This document shows, piece by piece, positions 19,371-26,231 of a DNA stretch of 64,000 nt (positions are counted from its first letter, which is position 1; every line of letters starts with the position of its first letter). Source of the stretch: an uncultured Alphaproteobacteria bacterium (GTDB lineage Bacteria > Pseudomonadota > Alphaproteobacteria > HIMB59 > GCA-002718135); NCBI GenBank assembly GCA_902594815.1, contig CACJNL010000001.1:6188-70187 (forward strand), given 5' to 3'. A program made the translations under genes and the position numbers. Below the pieces are notes generated by a model. It was not told the origin of the DNA. It saw nothing but the letters and a program-made list of their open reading frames with translations, and did not search any database.

Positions 19371-19388
19371 TTTAGAATTATTCTAATT
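19371..19388. promoter_or_regulatory. ICE (Irr) / Fur-family type operator, copy 1: TTTAGAATTATTCTAATT
   Basis: 7-1-7 palindrome TTAGAAT-T-ATTCTAA. It fits the Irr iron control element TTTAGAA-N3-TTCTAAA at 13/14 positions. An extra half-site (TTCTAAA, 19352-19358) overlaps a possible -35 for TATAAT (minus strand, 19332-19327). Identical to copy 2. Confidence 0.6.
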
Positions 19389-19393
19389 AAATA

Positions 19394-19762
19394 TTAATTA
19401 GAAAAATACTTCTTTTGATCTAAATACCATTTAGTCAGCATCAATGAATAGTTTTCAGACAAGCAATAAGACTTTGATCTTCTATCTTTTTTTGATGATT
19501 TTTTAATGAAAAAACCTTTGCTAACAGCATAATTAAGTGTCGAGTAAATTGTAGATCTACAGCCGAGCTTTGACGGTATTTTTTTACATAACATCTCATA
19601 TGACATACATTGATTATTGAAAGTTGAAGAAGCAATTTCAAGACTAATCAAACGTGTAAGTGCGGATGAATAAAAAAAGTTATAACAGGGATCTATATCT
19701 TTTTTAGTATAAAAATCTTTTTTTACTAAGTCTACAACGTTTTCTAAACCTAACATAGTCAA
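19394..19762 (-). CDS. small winged-helix (MarR-like) transcriptional regulator, Cys-rich
   Basis: 122 aa from TTG 19762, or 120 aa from ATG 19756. wHTH pattern ...MSYEMLCKKIPSKLGCRSTIYSTLNYAVSKGFFIKKSSKKDRRSKSYCLSE... Five cysteines. Flanked on both sides by the 18-nt box. Confidence 0.6.
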   Translation of the reverse strand: MTMLGLENVVDLVKKDFYTKKDIDPCYNFFYSSALTRLISLEIASSTFNNQCMSYEMLCKKIPSKLGCRSTIYSTLNYAVSKGFFIKKSSKKDRRSKSYCLSENYSLMLTKWYLDQKKYFSN

Positions 19763-19771
19763 ATATTTTTA

Positions 19772-19815
19772 GGAGTGAAAGATTGCGCTGGTACCTGCAA
19801 CAACCTTTCAACCCC
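19772..19815 (-). promoter_or_regulatory. long imperfect hairpin in the 5' leader of the regulator gene (candidate cis-regulatory RNA)
   Basis: Minus-strand RNA GGGGUUGAAAGGUUG-(15 nt loop containing GGUACC)-CAAUCUUUCACUCC. It forms 14 pairs with one bulge. The two non-Watson-Crick positions are G-U on the minus strand but A-C on the plus strand. A 22-codon uORF (19827..19759) spans it. Confidence 0.45.
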
Positions 19816-19912
19816 AAGTAGAAACATACGGTTTTTTTTTATGGATTTTAATTTAAGAGTACAGTTTAATTTTTATATTAGGGATATATATTGAAAACTC
19901 ATCATTATTAAA

Positions 19913-19930
19913 TTTAGAATTATTCTAATT
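19913..19930. promoter_or_regulatory. ICE (Irr) / Fur-family type operator, copy 2: TTTAGAATTATTCTAATT
   Basis: Exact 18-nt repeat of 19371-19388. About 150 nt upstream of the regulator start and abutting the hupE stop codon. Followed by another TTTAGAA half-site (19929-19935). Confidence 0.6.
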
Positions 19931-20532
19931 TAGAATAAAAAAGATATACCAAATAGAGCGCATCCAGCTCCAGCAACTTTTAAAACAATTGATGAAAATT
20001 TAGTCTTAATAGCTAAACTCCCTATTCCCACACCAAAAAGATGTAATATTGCTGTTCCTGATGCAAAGCCAAGTGCAAATAAAATTGGGTTAACTGCCCA
20101 TGGCATCTCCATGCCGTGCGCTAATCCATGACACATCCCAAAAATACAAATGAAAATCATTATAATATTAGTGGCAATTTTTTTTTCTATCGCAATTGCT
20201 AAGCCTAATAATATGACAGAAAAGACTATACCGTATTCAACAACTATAAAGGCAGATTCTTCTAAATCAAAAAAGAAAACCTCAATCAACATGCCAATGG
20301 TACCGCCGATAATCATCATTAAGACAAAGGTTGCAGGAATGGTCCAAATTGCTCTTCCTCCAATTTGGGCACTTACAATACCAACACTAACCATTGCTAA
20401 AAAATGATCTATCCCTAATACTGGATGAGAAAGACCATCATAAAAACCTACCATCCCTGTAAAAGTATGTGCATGGGCTCCAGAGGTATAAAAAACTAGA
20501 GATAAAAACAGTAAAATTAAATTAGCTTTCAT
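19930..20532 (-). CDS. hupE: HupE/UreJ-family metal (Ni/Co-type) transporter
   Basis: 200 aa. Signal peptide ending GAHA/HTFTG, then the GFYDGLSHPVLGIDHFLAMV signature and about 6 TM helices. Confidence 0.85.
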   Translation of the reverse strand: MKANLILLFLSLVFYTSGAHAHTFTGMVGFYDGLSHPVLGIDHFLAMVSVGIVSAQIGGRAIWTIPATFVLMMIIGGTIGMLIEVFFFDLEESAFIVVEYGIVFSVILLGLAIAIEKKIATNIIMIFICIFGMCHGLAHGMEMPWAVNPILFALGFASGTAILHLFGVGIGSLAIKTKFSSIVLKVAGAGCALFGISFLF

Positions 20533-21230
20533 GCAAATCCTTTCTGTTTTCTTGAAAATAATTTTTTAATAATAAAATAAATTAGAAATATTATAACTAC
20601 TAAAGCTATATGCGGAATATAAGCACGAATATCAAATTTTTGCCAATGCAATATATCCATAGCAGGCCCAATATATAAAAGGATAGGAGCCCATGTTAAA
20701 GTTTGCTCCCACAAATTAGATCCAAAAAATTCAGCTTCTCCTACTGCAAGAGAATAATGTCCTGAATTATTTTCATTAAAAATTTGAATTAAATAAGAAC
20801 CTGCATTCAAATTAAAACTTCTCTTAAAACCAGTATCTTCATTAACTTCGGCTCCTATTTCCGGTCCTTTCCAATACCAATCTCTAGCATACGGTTCATA
20901 CCAGGCTTCCCATTCAAAATTTTGGCCATCTGCAAAAAATTTTAAAATTTTATTATTTTTTTCATTAATTGAATATACAGCAATCGATAACCATAAATGG
21001 TCATCATCAACTTTAGGACTTAAAATTCCAGTATAAAATAAAAATTCTTCTTCACTATTAATTAAATAATAGTGTGGTTCACCGTTAAGCTTGCCATAAT
21101 ATGCTTTAGATATCTCTGGGTCTATAACTTCATGAGGATTATCAACAGAAGGTGAGTAATTAATTAACTTTGGCTGATGGGCAAATAAATTAGAACTAAA
21201 TAATAAGAAAATAATTACAATTAATTTCAT
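20529..21230 (-). CDS. secreted, C-terminally membrane-anchored protein of unknown function (predicted mature N-terminal His)
   Basis: 233 aa. Signal peptide …SSNLFA/HQPKL, a soluble domain of about 165 aa, then two C-terminal hydrophobic helices. 4-nt overlap with hupE. Confidence 0.75.
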   Translation of the reverse strand: MKLIVIIFLLFSSNLFAHQPKLINYSPSVDNPHEVIDPEISKAYYGKLNGEPHYYLINSEEEFLFYTGILSPKVDDDHLWLSIAVYSINEKNNKILKFFADGQNFEWEAWYEPYARDWYWKGPEIGAEVNEDTGFKRSFNLNAGSYLIQIFNENNSGHYSLAVGEAEFFGSNLWEQTLTWAPILLYIGPAMDILHWQKFDIRAYIPHIALVVIIFLIYFIIKKLFSRKQKGFA

Positions 21231-21236
21231 TAATTA

Positions 21237-21265
21237 ATTATAGTTTAGCTTTTATCATTTTCCAA
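21237..21265 (-). promoter_or_regulatory. candidate sigma-70 promoter TTGGAA-N17-TATAAT for the 233-aa/hupE operon (possibly leaderless)
   Basis: Read on the minus strand: -35 at 21265-21260 and -10 at 21242-21237. The -10 ends 6 nt before the ATG at 21230, so the transcript would start at or next to the start codon. Confidence 0.35.
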
Positions 21266-21269
21266 TAAA

Positions 21270-21296
21270 ATAAAAATGGGGCCACATTGGGCCCCT
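21270..21296 (-). terminator. rho-independent terminator of hsp20
   Basis: Minus strand: GGGGCC-CAATGT-GGCCCC followed by ATTTTTATTTTATT, about 35 nt after the hsp20 stop. Confidence 0.75.
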
Positions 21297-21329
21297 ATCC
21301 TTATTAAATATATTTATAATACTTATAAA

Positions 21330-21767
21330 TTATTTAATATCTATTAACCGAGCCTTTTTCTCCTCGGGGATTATGCGCTCTAAATCAATATTTAAAAGAC
21401 CATTCAACAATTCAGCATTCTTCACTTTAATGTCCTCAGATATAGTAAAAGATCTCTCAAACTGTCTGGTTGAAATTCCTTTGTGAATAACACCATTACC
21501 TTCTTCATTCACTACTTTTTCTTTTTGTTTATTGCGAACTGTAAGTGTGTTTTCTTTAAGCTCTAATTCTATATCATCTCTAGAATATCCAGCTAAAGCA
21601 ACTTCAATTTTATAATCATTCTCATTTACTCTTCGAATGTTATAAGGTGGATAGTTTGAATTATAGCGCTCTGTAGACTCCAACATTCTATCAAATTCTT
21701 CGAAGATTGAGTCAAACCCAACTGAAAAGGGTCTAAGCGAATTCCATACGGATAGGTTTCTTGTCAT
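21330..21767 (-). CDS. small heat-shock protein, Hsp20/alpha-crystallin family (IbpA-like)
   Basis: 145 aa with an alpha-crystallin domain (YKIEVALAGYSRDDIELELKENTLTV…GISTRQFERSF). Confidence 0.9.
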   Translation of the reverse strand: MTRNLSVWNSLRPFSVGFDSIFEEFDRMLESTERYNSNYPPYNIRRVNENDYKIEVALAGYSRDDIELELKENTLTVRNKQKEKVVNEEGNGVIHKGISTRQFERSFTISEDIKVKNAELLNGLLNIDLERIIPEEKKARLIDIK

Positions 21768-21825
21768 AAAAACTCCTTATTAAGCAAGTTATGTATTGGC
21801 ACCCACAATGGCATACCAACTATAC
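21768..21825 (-). ncRNA. ROSE-like RNA thermometer candidate (two-hairpin 5' UTR of hsp20)
   Basis: The leader is UAGUUGGUAUGCCAUUGUGGGUGCCAAUACAUAACUUGCUUAAUAAGGAGUUUUUAUG. Hairpin I is UUGGUAU..GUGCCAA. Hairpin II pairs CUU-G-CUU with AAGGAG. That gives the UUGCU anti-SD, a bulged G and a G-U pair opposite the SD, the ROSE hallmarks. Confidence 0.45.
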
Positions 21826-21860
21826 TAACATGGGAATGCTTAAAAAATATTCAAGTGGGA
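21826..21860 (-). promoter_or_regulatory. sigma-32 (RpoH) type heat-shock promoter of hsp20
   Basis: Minus strand: TCCCACTTGAA-N15-CCCATGTTA, against the consensus CCCTTGAA-N13-17-CCCCATNT. Confidence 0.55.
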
Positions 21861-21862
21861 AT

Positions 21863-22519
21863 TTATTTTTTTCGAATAAATGACAGACCATCAGATAGCG
21901 GAATTAAGGAAAATTCTACTCTTTTATCCTCTTTAATTTTTTGATTAAGGTCACGTATAGCTTGGGTGCGTGAGTCTAATATAGAAATATCTGCTACATC
22001 ACCGTGCCAAAGCATATTATCAATAATAATTATTCCATTAGAAGAAAGTAAACTTAAAGCTAACTCATAATAGTTTGGATAATTGTTTTTATCAGCATCA
22101 ATAAAGATAATATCAAAAACATATTGTCGGTCTATAAAGCTTTGCATCACCTCAGTGCCATCACCTATAATTGATTTTATTTTTGATGCTTGATCATCTT
22201 GATCCCAGTATTTTTCCGCAATAGGTAAAAATTCATCTGACGTATCGACAGTTACTATTTTACCGTCTTTGGGGAGTCCTCGAGCCATATATAAAGTGCT
22301 TAATCCTGTAAACCGTCCAATCTCTAAGCAAGATTTTGCATTTGAAATCTTTACAATAATTTCTAAAAATTGACCTTGTTCTTTCGCAATTTGCATGCGT
22401 GCAACTTTTCCAAGTTTCTTTGTCTCACTTGCAAGTTCATCAACAAGAGTATCTTTTCTATAACCAAGTTCTTGTAGATACTTTTTTAAATCTTGATTAA
22501 TTTCTACTTGTTCACTCAT
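21863..22519 (-). CDS. class I SAM-dependent O-methyltransferase (caffeoyl-CoA OMT/YrrM-like)
   Basis: 218 aa with CLEIGRFTGLSTL (motif I) and FIDADKNNY, typical of Methyltransf_3. Last gene of the operon. Confidence 0.8.
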   Translation of the reverse strand: MSEQVEINQDLKKYLQELGYRKDTLVDELASETKKLGKVARMQIAKEQGQFLEIIVKISNAKSCLEIGRFTGLSTLYMARGLPKDGKIVTVDTSDEFLPIAEKYWDQDDQASKIKSIIGDGTEVMQSFIDRQYVFDIIFIDADKNNYPNYYELALSLLSSNGIIIIDNMLWHGDVADISILDSRTQAIRDLNQKIKEDKRVEFSLIPLSDGLSFIRKK

Positions 22520-23832
22520 TATGAAATTACTTCATAAATATCTGAATGATTTGCAACCTCATCATCACCAATTAAAAAATACTCTTCTATTTTTTTTTCA
22601 ACATTTTCAAAATCTTTATCCGAATGACAGTACAATGTTAGTAAGGGGGTAGAGCCATCAACCTTATCTCCAACGCTTAACACATTATCGTAACCCACAT
22701 TAAAATTAATTTTATCTGTAACCTGTTTTCTGCCGCCACCAAGTTCAATAAGTACCAAACCTAGATCTCTTGTTTTTATTTTTTGGACATATCCCGACTG
22801 CTGAATATAAATATCTTTTTTGAATGCATCTATTTGCAACTCAGTATTATATGAAGACAAGATATTTGATGTGCCCCCTAAGGCTGCCACCATTTTTTCA
22901 AATTTTTCAGCAGCTTCTCCATTTGATATGACAGTATCTATTTTTTTTAGAGCCTCTTCCTTTGAGATATTTTGTGCCATCATTAAAATTGAAGCGACTA
23001 ATTCATAGGTGATGTTATGGAGTCTCGGGTCTTTCTCTTGATTTGTCAAAAAGTTAATGCATTCTAAAATTTCTAACCTATGACCTGCCGTCTTACCTAA
23101 TACTTGATTCATATCTGTGATAATGGCCTCACATTTTAATCCTGCACCCTTTGCAACACGAACAAGAGAATTCGATAAGTCTCTTGCAATTTCTATAGTG
23201 CTATTAAAAGAACCATTACCAACTTTCACATCTAGGACTAATGTTTTTAATCCTGATGCTATTTTTTTTGATAGGATGGATGAAGTAATGAGAGGTAAAG
23301 ATTCAACTGTTCCAACAATATCTCTAATTGAGTAAAGTTTTTTATCCGCTGGCGCCAGGTTATCTGTTTGTCCAATAATCGCACACCCAACTTCTTTCAA
23401 AACTTTCTTAAATGTTTCTAGATCCGGTTGCGTATTATAACCAGGGATAGAGTCGAATTTATCTAGAGTGCCACCTGTGTGACCAAGTCCCCTTCCAGAA
23501 ATCATTGGAACATACAAACCACAGGCTGCTAAAATAGGCGCTAAGATTATACTTGTTTTATCTCCCACACCACCTGTTGAGTGTTTATCACAAACTAATT
23601 CCTCATCTAAAATACTTGACCAATCAATAGTGTCTCCAGAAACTGTCATAGCTTCAGTTAAATTGACAGTCTCCTCAGGTGTCATGCCATTTGAAAAAAT
23701 GGCCATACTCATTGCAGCAATTTGAGGATCCGAAAATGAACCGTCCGTTAACCCTTTTGCAAAAAGGAATATTTCTTCTTTTGTAAGAGCTTTTTTATCT
23801 CTTTTTTTTCTAATTATTTCCTGAGGAATCAT
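22519..23832 (-). CDS. deoA: thymidine/pyrimidine-nucleoside phosphorylase
   Basis: 437 aa with KHSTGGVGDKTS, SGRGLGHTGGTLDK and a C-terminal PYNP domain. Confidence 0.9.
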   Translation of the reverse strand: MIPQEIIRKKRDKKALTKEEIFLFAKGLTDGSFSDPQIAAMSMAIFSNGMTPEETVNLTEAMTVSGDTIDWSSILDEELVCDKHSTGGVGDKTSIILAPILAACGLYVPMISGRGLGHTGGTLDKFDSIPGYNTQPDLETFKKVLKEVGCAIIGQTDNLAPADKKLYSIRDIVGTVESLPLITSSILSKKIASGLKTLVLDVKVGNGSFNSTIEIARDLSNSLVRVAKGAGLKCEAIITDMNQVLGKTAGHRLEILECINFLTNQEKDPRLHNITYELVASILMMAQNISKEEALKKIDTVISNGEAAEKFEKMVAALGGTSNILSSYNTELQIDAFKKDIYIQQSGYVQKIKTRDLGLVLIELGGGRKQVTDKINFNVGYDNVLSVGDKVDGSTPLLTLYCHSDKDFENVEKKIEEYFLIGDDEVANHSDIYEVIS

Positions 23833-24637
23833 TTAATTCAACTTCGTTGATATAATTTTTTATCAGTTGGAGAATATTTTTTTCGGCAAGACTGGCATTT
23901 TCTAAAGTTTCTTGATGGCTCAATTTTGTTTTATTCATCCCAGCAGCTAAGTTTGTAATTACACTAATAGCAACAACTGGAAGATCACAATGATTAGCAA
24001 CTATTACTTCTGGCACAGTTGACATACCTACTGCATTACCTCCAATAACTCTTAAAGCATTAATTTCTGCAGGTGTTTCAAAATTAGGACCAGAATACAT
24101 GCAGTAAATTCCCTCGTATATTTTTTGATTTAATTTTTTTGCAGTGTTTAGAAGTTGATAGCGATAAAATTTATGATAGGCATCGCTCATATCATGAAAT
24201 CTTGGTCCATATTCTTCATCATTTTTTCCAATGAGTGGATTAAATCCACTCCAATTTATATGATCGGAAATTGCCATCAAGCTACCTGCTGGCATAGTTT
24301 CATCTAAACTCCCAGCAGCATTTGTGACGATTAAAAGTTTACACCCAATATCTTTTAAAACCCTAATTGGTTTAGCAAGACTATGGGGTTCATGTCCTTC
24401 ATAAATATGAGAGCGACCATACATACAAACTACTTTTCTTTGACCTATCTCTCCTAATACTAATTTTCCCGCATGACCCTTAACAGTAGGTTGAGGAAAG
24501 TCAGGAAGGTCTGTATATGAAATTTCTTTGATAATATTTTGAAGTTCAAAAAAATTTGTCAAACCACTTCCTAATATAACGGCAACATCTGGATTAGTAT
24601 TTGTTTGTTCTAAAAAAATTTCTGATGAAGTATGCAT
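23810..24637 (-). CDS. purine nucleoside phosphorylase (trimeric PNP/PunA type)
   Basis: 275 aa with VILGSGL, GRSHIYEGH and VGMSTVPEV motifs. Confidence 0.9.
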   Translation of the reverse strand: MHTSSEIFLEQTNTNPDVAVILGSGLTNFFELQNIIKEISYTDLPDFPQPTVKGHAGKLVLGEIGQRKVVCMYGRSHIYEGHEPHSLAKPIRVLKDIGCKLLIVTNAAGSLDETMPAGSLMAISDHINWSGFNPLIGKNDEEYGPRFHDMSDAYHKFYRYQLLNTAKKLNQKIYEGIYCMYSGPNFETPAEINALRVIGGNAVGMSTVPEVIVANHCDLPVVAISVITNLAAGMNKTKLSHQETLENASLAEKNILQLIKNYINEVELNDSSGNN

Positions 24638-25053
24638 TATAAATTTTCTGGACCAAAAGAATCAGGAAGCAACTCTTTAAGTGTTGATGTTTTCAAATGT
24701 CCACTTGTGTTGCACATATGTATTTTTACATCTAATGTGGCAAACTCTCTTAATCGTTGACGACAACCACCACACGGAGAACATAATAAGTCGCCAGAGC
24801 CAATAACAACAACTTCTTTAATTTTAGTAAAACCATTGGCAATAAGATTACCAATCGCACTTGCTTCTGCGCATTGTGATTGAGGATACGCAGCATTTTC
24901 AACATTACATCCAGCAATTATGGAGTTATTTTCAGTTAAAAAAGCTGCACCTACTTTAAATTTTGAATAAGGCACGTGGGCATTGTTTCTAACTTCTTTT
25001 GCAGCATTAAAAAGTTTTTCAAAATTTTCTGAAATCATATATTCGTTTAACAT
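24637..25053 (-). CDS. cdd: cytidine deaminase
   Basis: 138 aa with the CAEASAI and PCGGCRQ zinc motifs. Confidence 0.9.
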   Translation of the reverse strand: MLNEYMISENFEKLFNAAKEVRNNAHVPYSKFKVGAAFLTENNSIIAGCNVENAAYPQSQCAEASAIGNLIANGFTKIKEVVVIGSGDLLCSPCGGCRQRLREFATLDVKIHMCNTSGHLKTSTLKELLPDSFGPENL

Positions 25054-25079
25054 GAAATTTAAAAAAAAATTATTTATTT

Positions 25080-26231
25080 CTAAATCTTGAACAAATCTTC
25101 CGTTAAATTGGGTAGGTCATCACCCCAAAAAACTTCTCGACGCAAAAACTCGGGATCTTTGTTAAAACAAATAGACATCGCAGAATTGTAAACTGCTCTT
25201 GAGTCGATTGTAGAATTTAGATCTCTTCCTTCAAACAACTCTTTCTTTTTAAGGCCTGGCCAATCTGTATACACTTGTGATTTTTTAAGTAAGCCGCCAG
25301 CCATTAATATTGCACTACCATAACCATGCTCTGTGCCATAACCCCCATTTTGTTTAATTGTTCTACCAAATTCTGTTAAGGTTAAAATAAGTGTATTATC
25401 AAAAGCACTACCAAGATTTTCGTATAGAATTTTTACAATTTCATTTACCTCCTCCAGTTCATCAGCATGAGCTCCATCTACCCCTCCCTGAGCTGCATGG
25501 GTATCAAAACCATCTAATTCAAAAACAGCTACTCTTGGACCACTTTGATCTTTTAATTGTTTTGCTGCTTCAAGGGCGAGTTTTTTTCTATCTTCTGAGT
25601 CAGTGGCAATTTGCATGGATAATGGTCTTTGCCTGATTGTATCAAGTGTTGACTTAATGAGCTCATTATGATCACCTTTAAATTCATCATAAATTTGATC
25701 GATCAATTTTGTTTCCACAAAATCTGGAGATGGGAAAAAATTATTATTTTGAGGAACGCCTCTTAATAAAAGTGGCATAGGTAGAGATATTGCTAGACCT
25801 TTTCCAACAATATCTGATGCCAACAACCCTCTCCCCAACCATCCAGTCTTTTCTTTGTAAGGAATATGAGCCCCTGTTTCCATTAAGTTTTGTCCATCAA
25901 AATGTGATCTTCCTGTGTAAGGAATATTAGTTGCATGAACAAACGCTGCCTTATTATCTTTCCAAAGTTGGTGAAAAATTTCTAACTTAGGGTGAAGACC
26001 AAAATCGCTATTTAATTTTAGAACATCCTCAAGTATTAGTTTTTTTCTTAACTTCTTTAAACGCTTATCCCCAATAACAGGTACTGCTGTAAGACCATCC
26101 ATTCCACCACGAAGTGAAATGATGATCAGGTTTTTTTTCTGCATGGAAGCAAAGCTTATTTTTGGGAAAAATCCTGATAGAAATAATGTTGTTGATCCTC
26201 CAATTAGAAAATTTCTTCTTGTACAGTTCAT
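25080..26231 (-). CDS. DUF1501 family protein (Tat-exported, sulfatase/alkaline-phosphatase-like fold)
   Basis: 383 aa. Twin-arginine signal (TRRNFLIGG), LRGGMDGL and LTLTEFGRT blocks typical of DUF1501. Confidence 0.8.
   Translation of the reverse strand: MNCTRRNFLIGGSTTLFLSGFFPKISFASMQKKNLIIISLRGGMDGLTAVPVIGDKRLKKLRKKLILEDVLKLNSDFGLHPKLEIFHQLWKDNKAAFVHATNIPYTGRSHFDGQNLMETGAHIPYKEKTGWLGRGLLASDIVGKGLAISLPMPLLLRGVPQNNNFFPSPDFVETKLIDQIYDEFKGDHNELIKSTLDTIRQRPLSMQIATDSEDRKKLALEAAKQLKDQSGPRVAVFELDGFDTHAAQGGVDGAHADELEEVNEIVKILYENLGSAFDNTLILTLTEFGRTIKQNGGYGTEHGYGSAILMAGGLLKKSQVYTDWPGLKKKELFEGRDLNSTIDSRAVYNSAMSICFNKDPEFLRREVFWGDDLPNLTEDLFKI

Noticed and set aside
19371-19388. The 18-nt palindrome read as a transcription terminator or RNA hairpin
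   Set aside because: The arms are 7 bp of A/T-rich sequence separated by a single nucleotide, so no viable loop can form. Its position and similarity to ICE/Fur boxes fit a protein-binding site better.
19771-19822. Plus-strand AGGAG followed by a 12-codon TTG ORF, and the T9 run at 19832-19840 read as a plus-strand sRNA or terminator
   Set aside because: No hairpin lies directly before the T-run. The helix mismatches are A-C on the plus strand but G-U on the minus strand. No plus-strand promoter or gene context is present.
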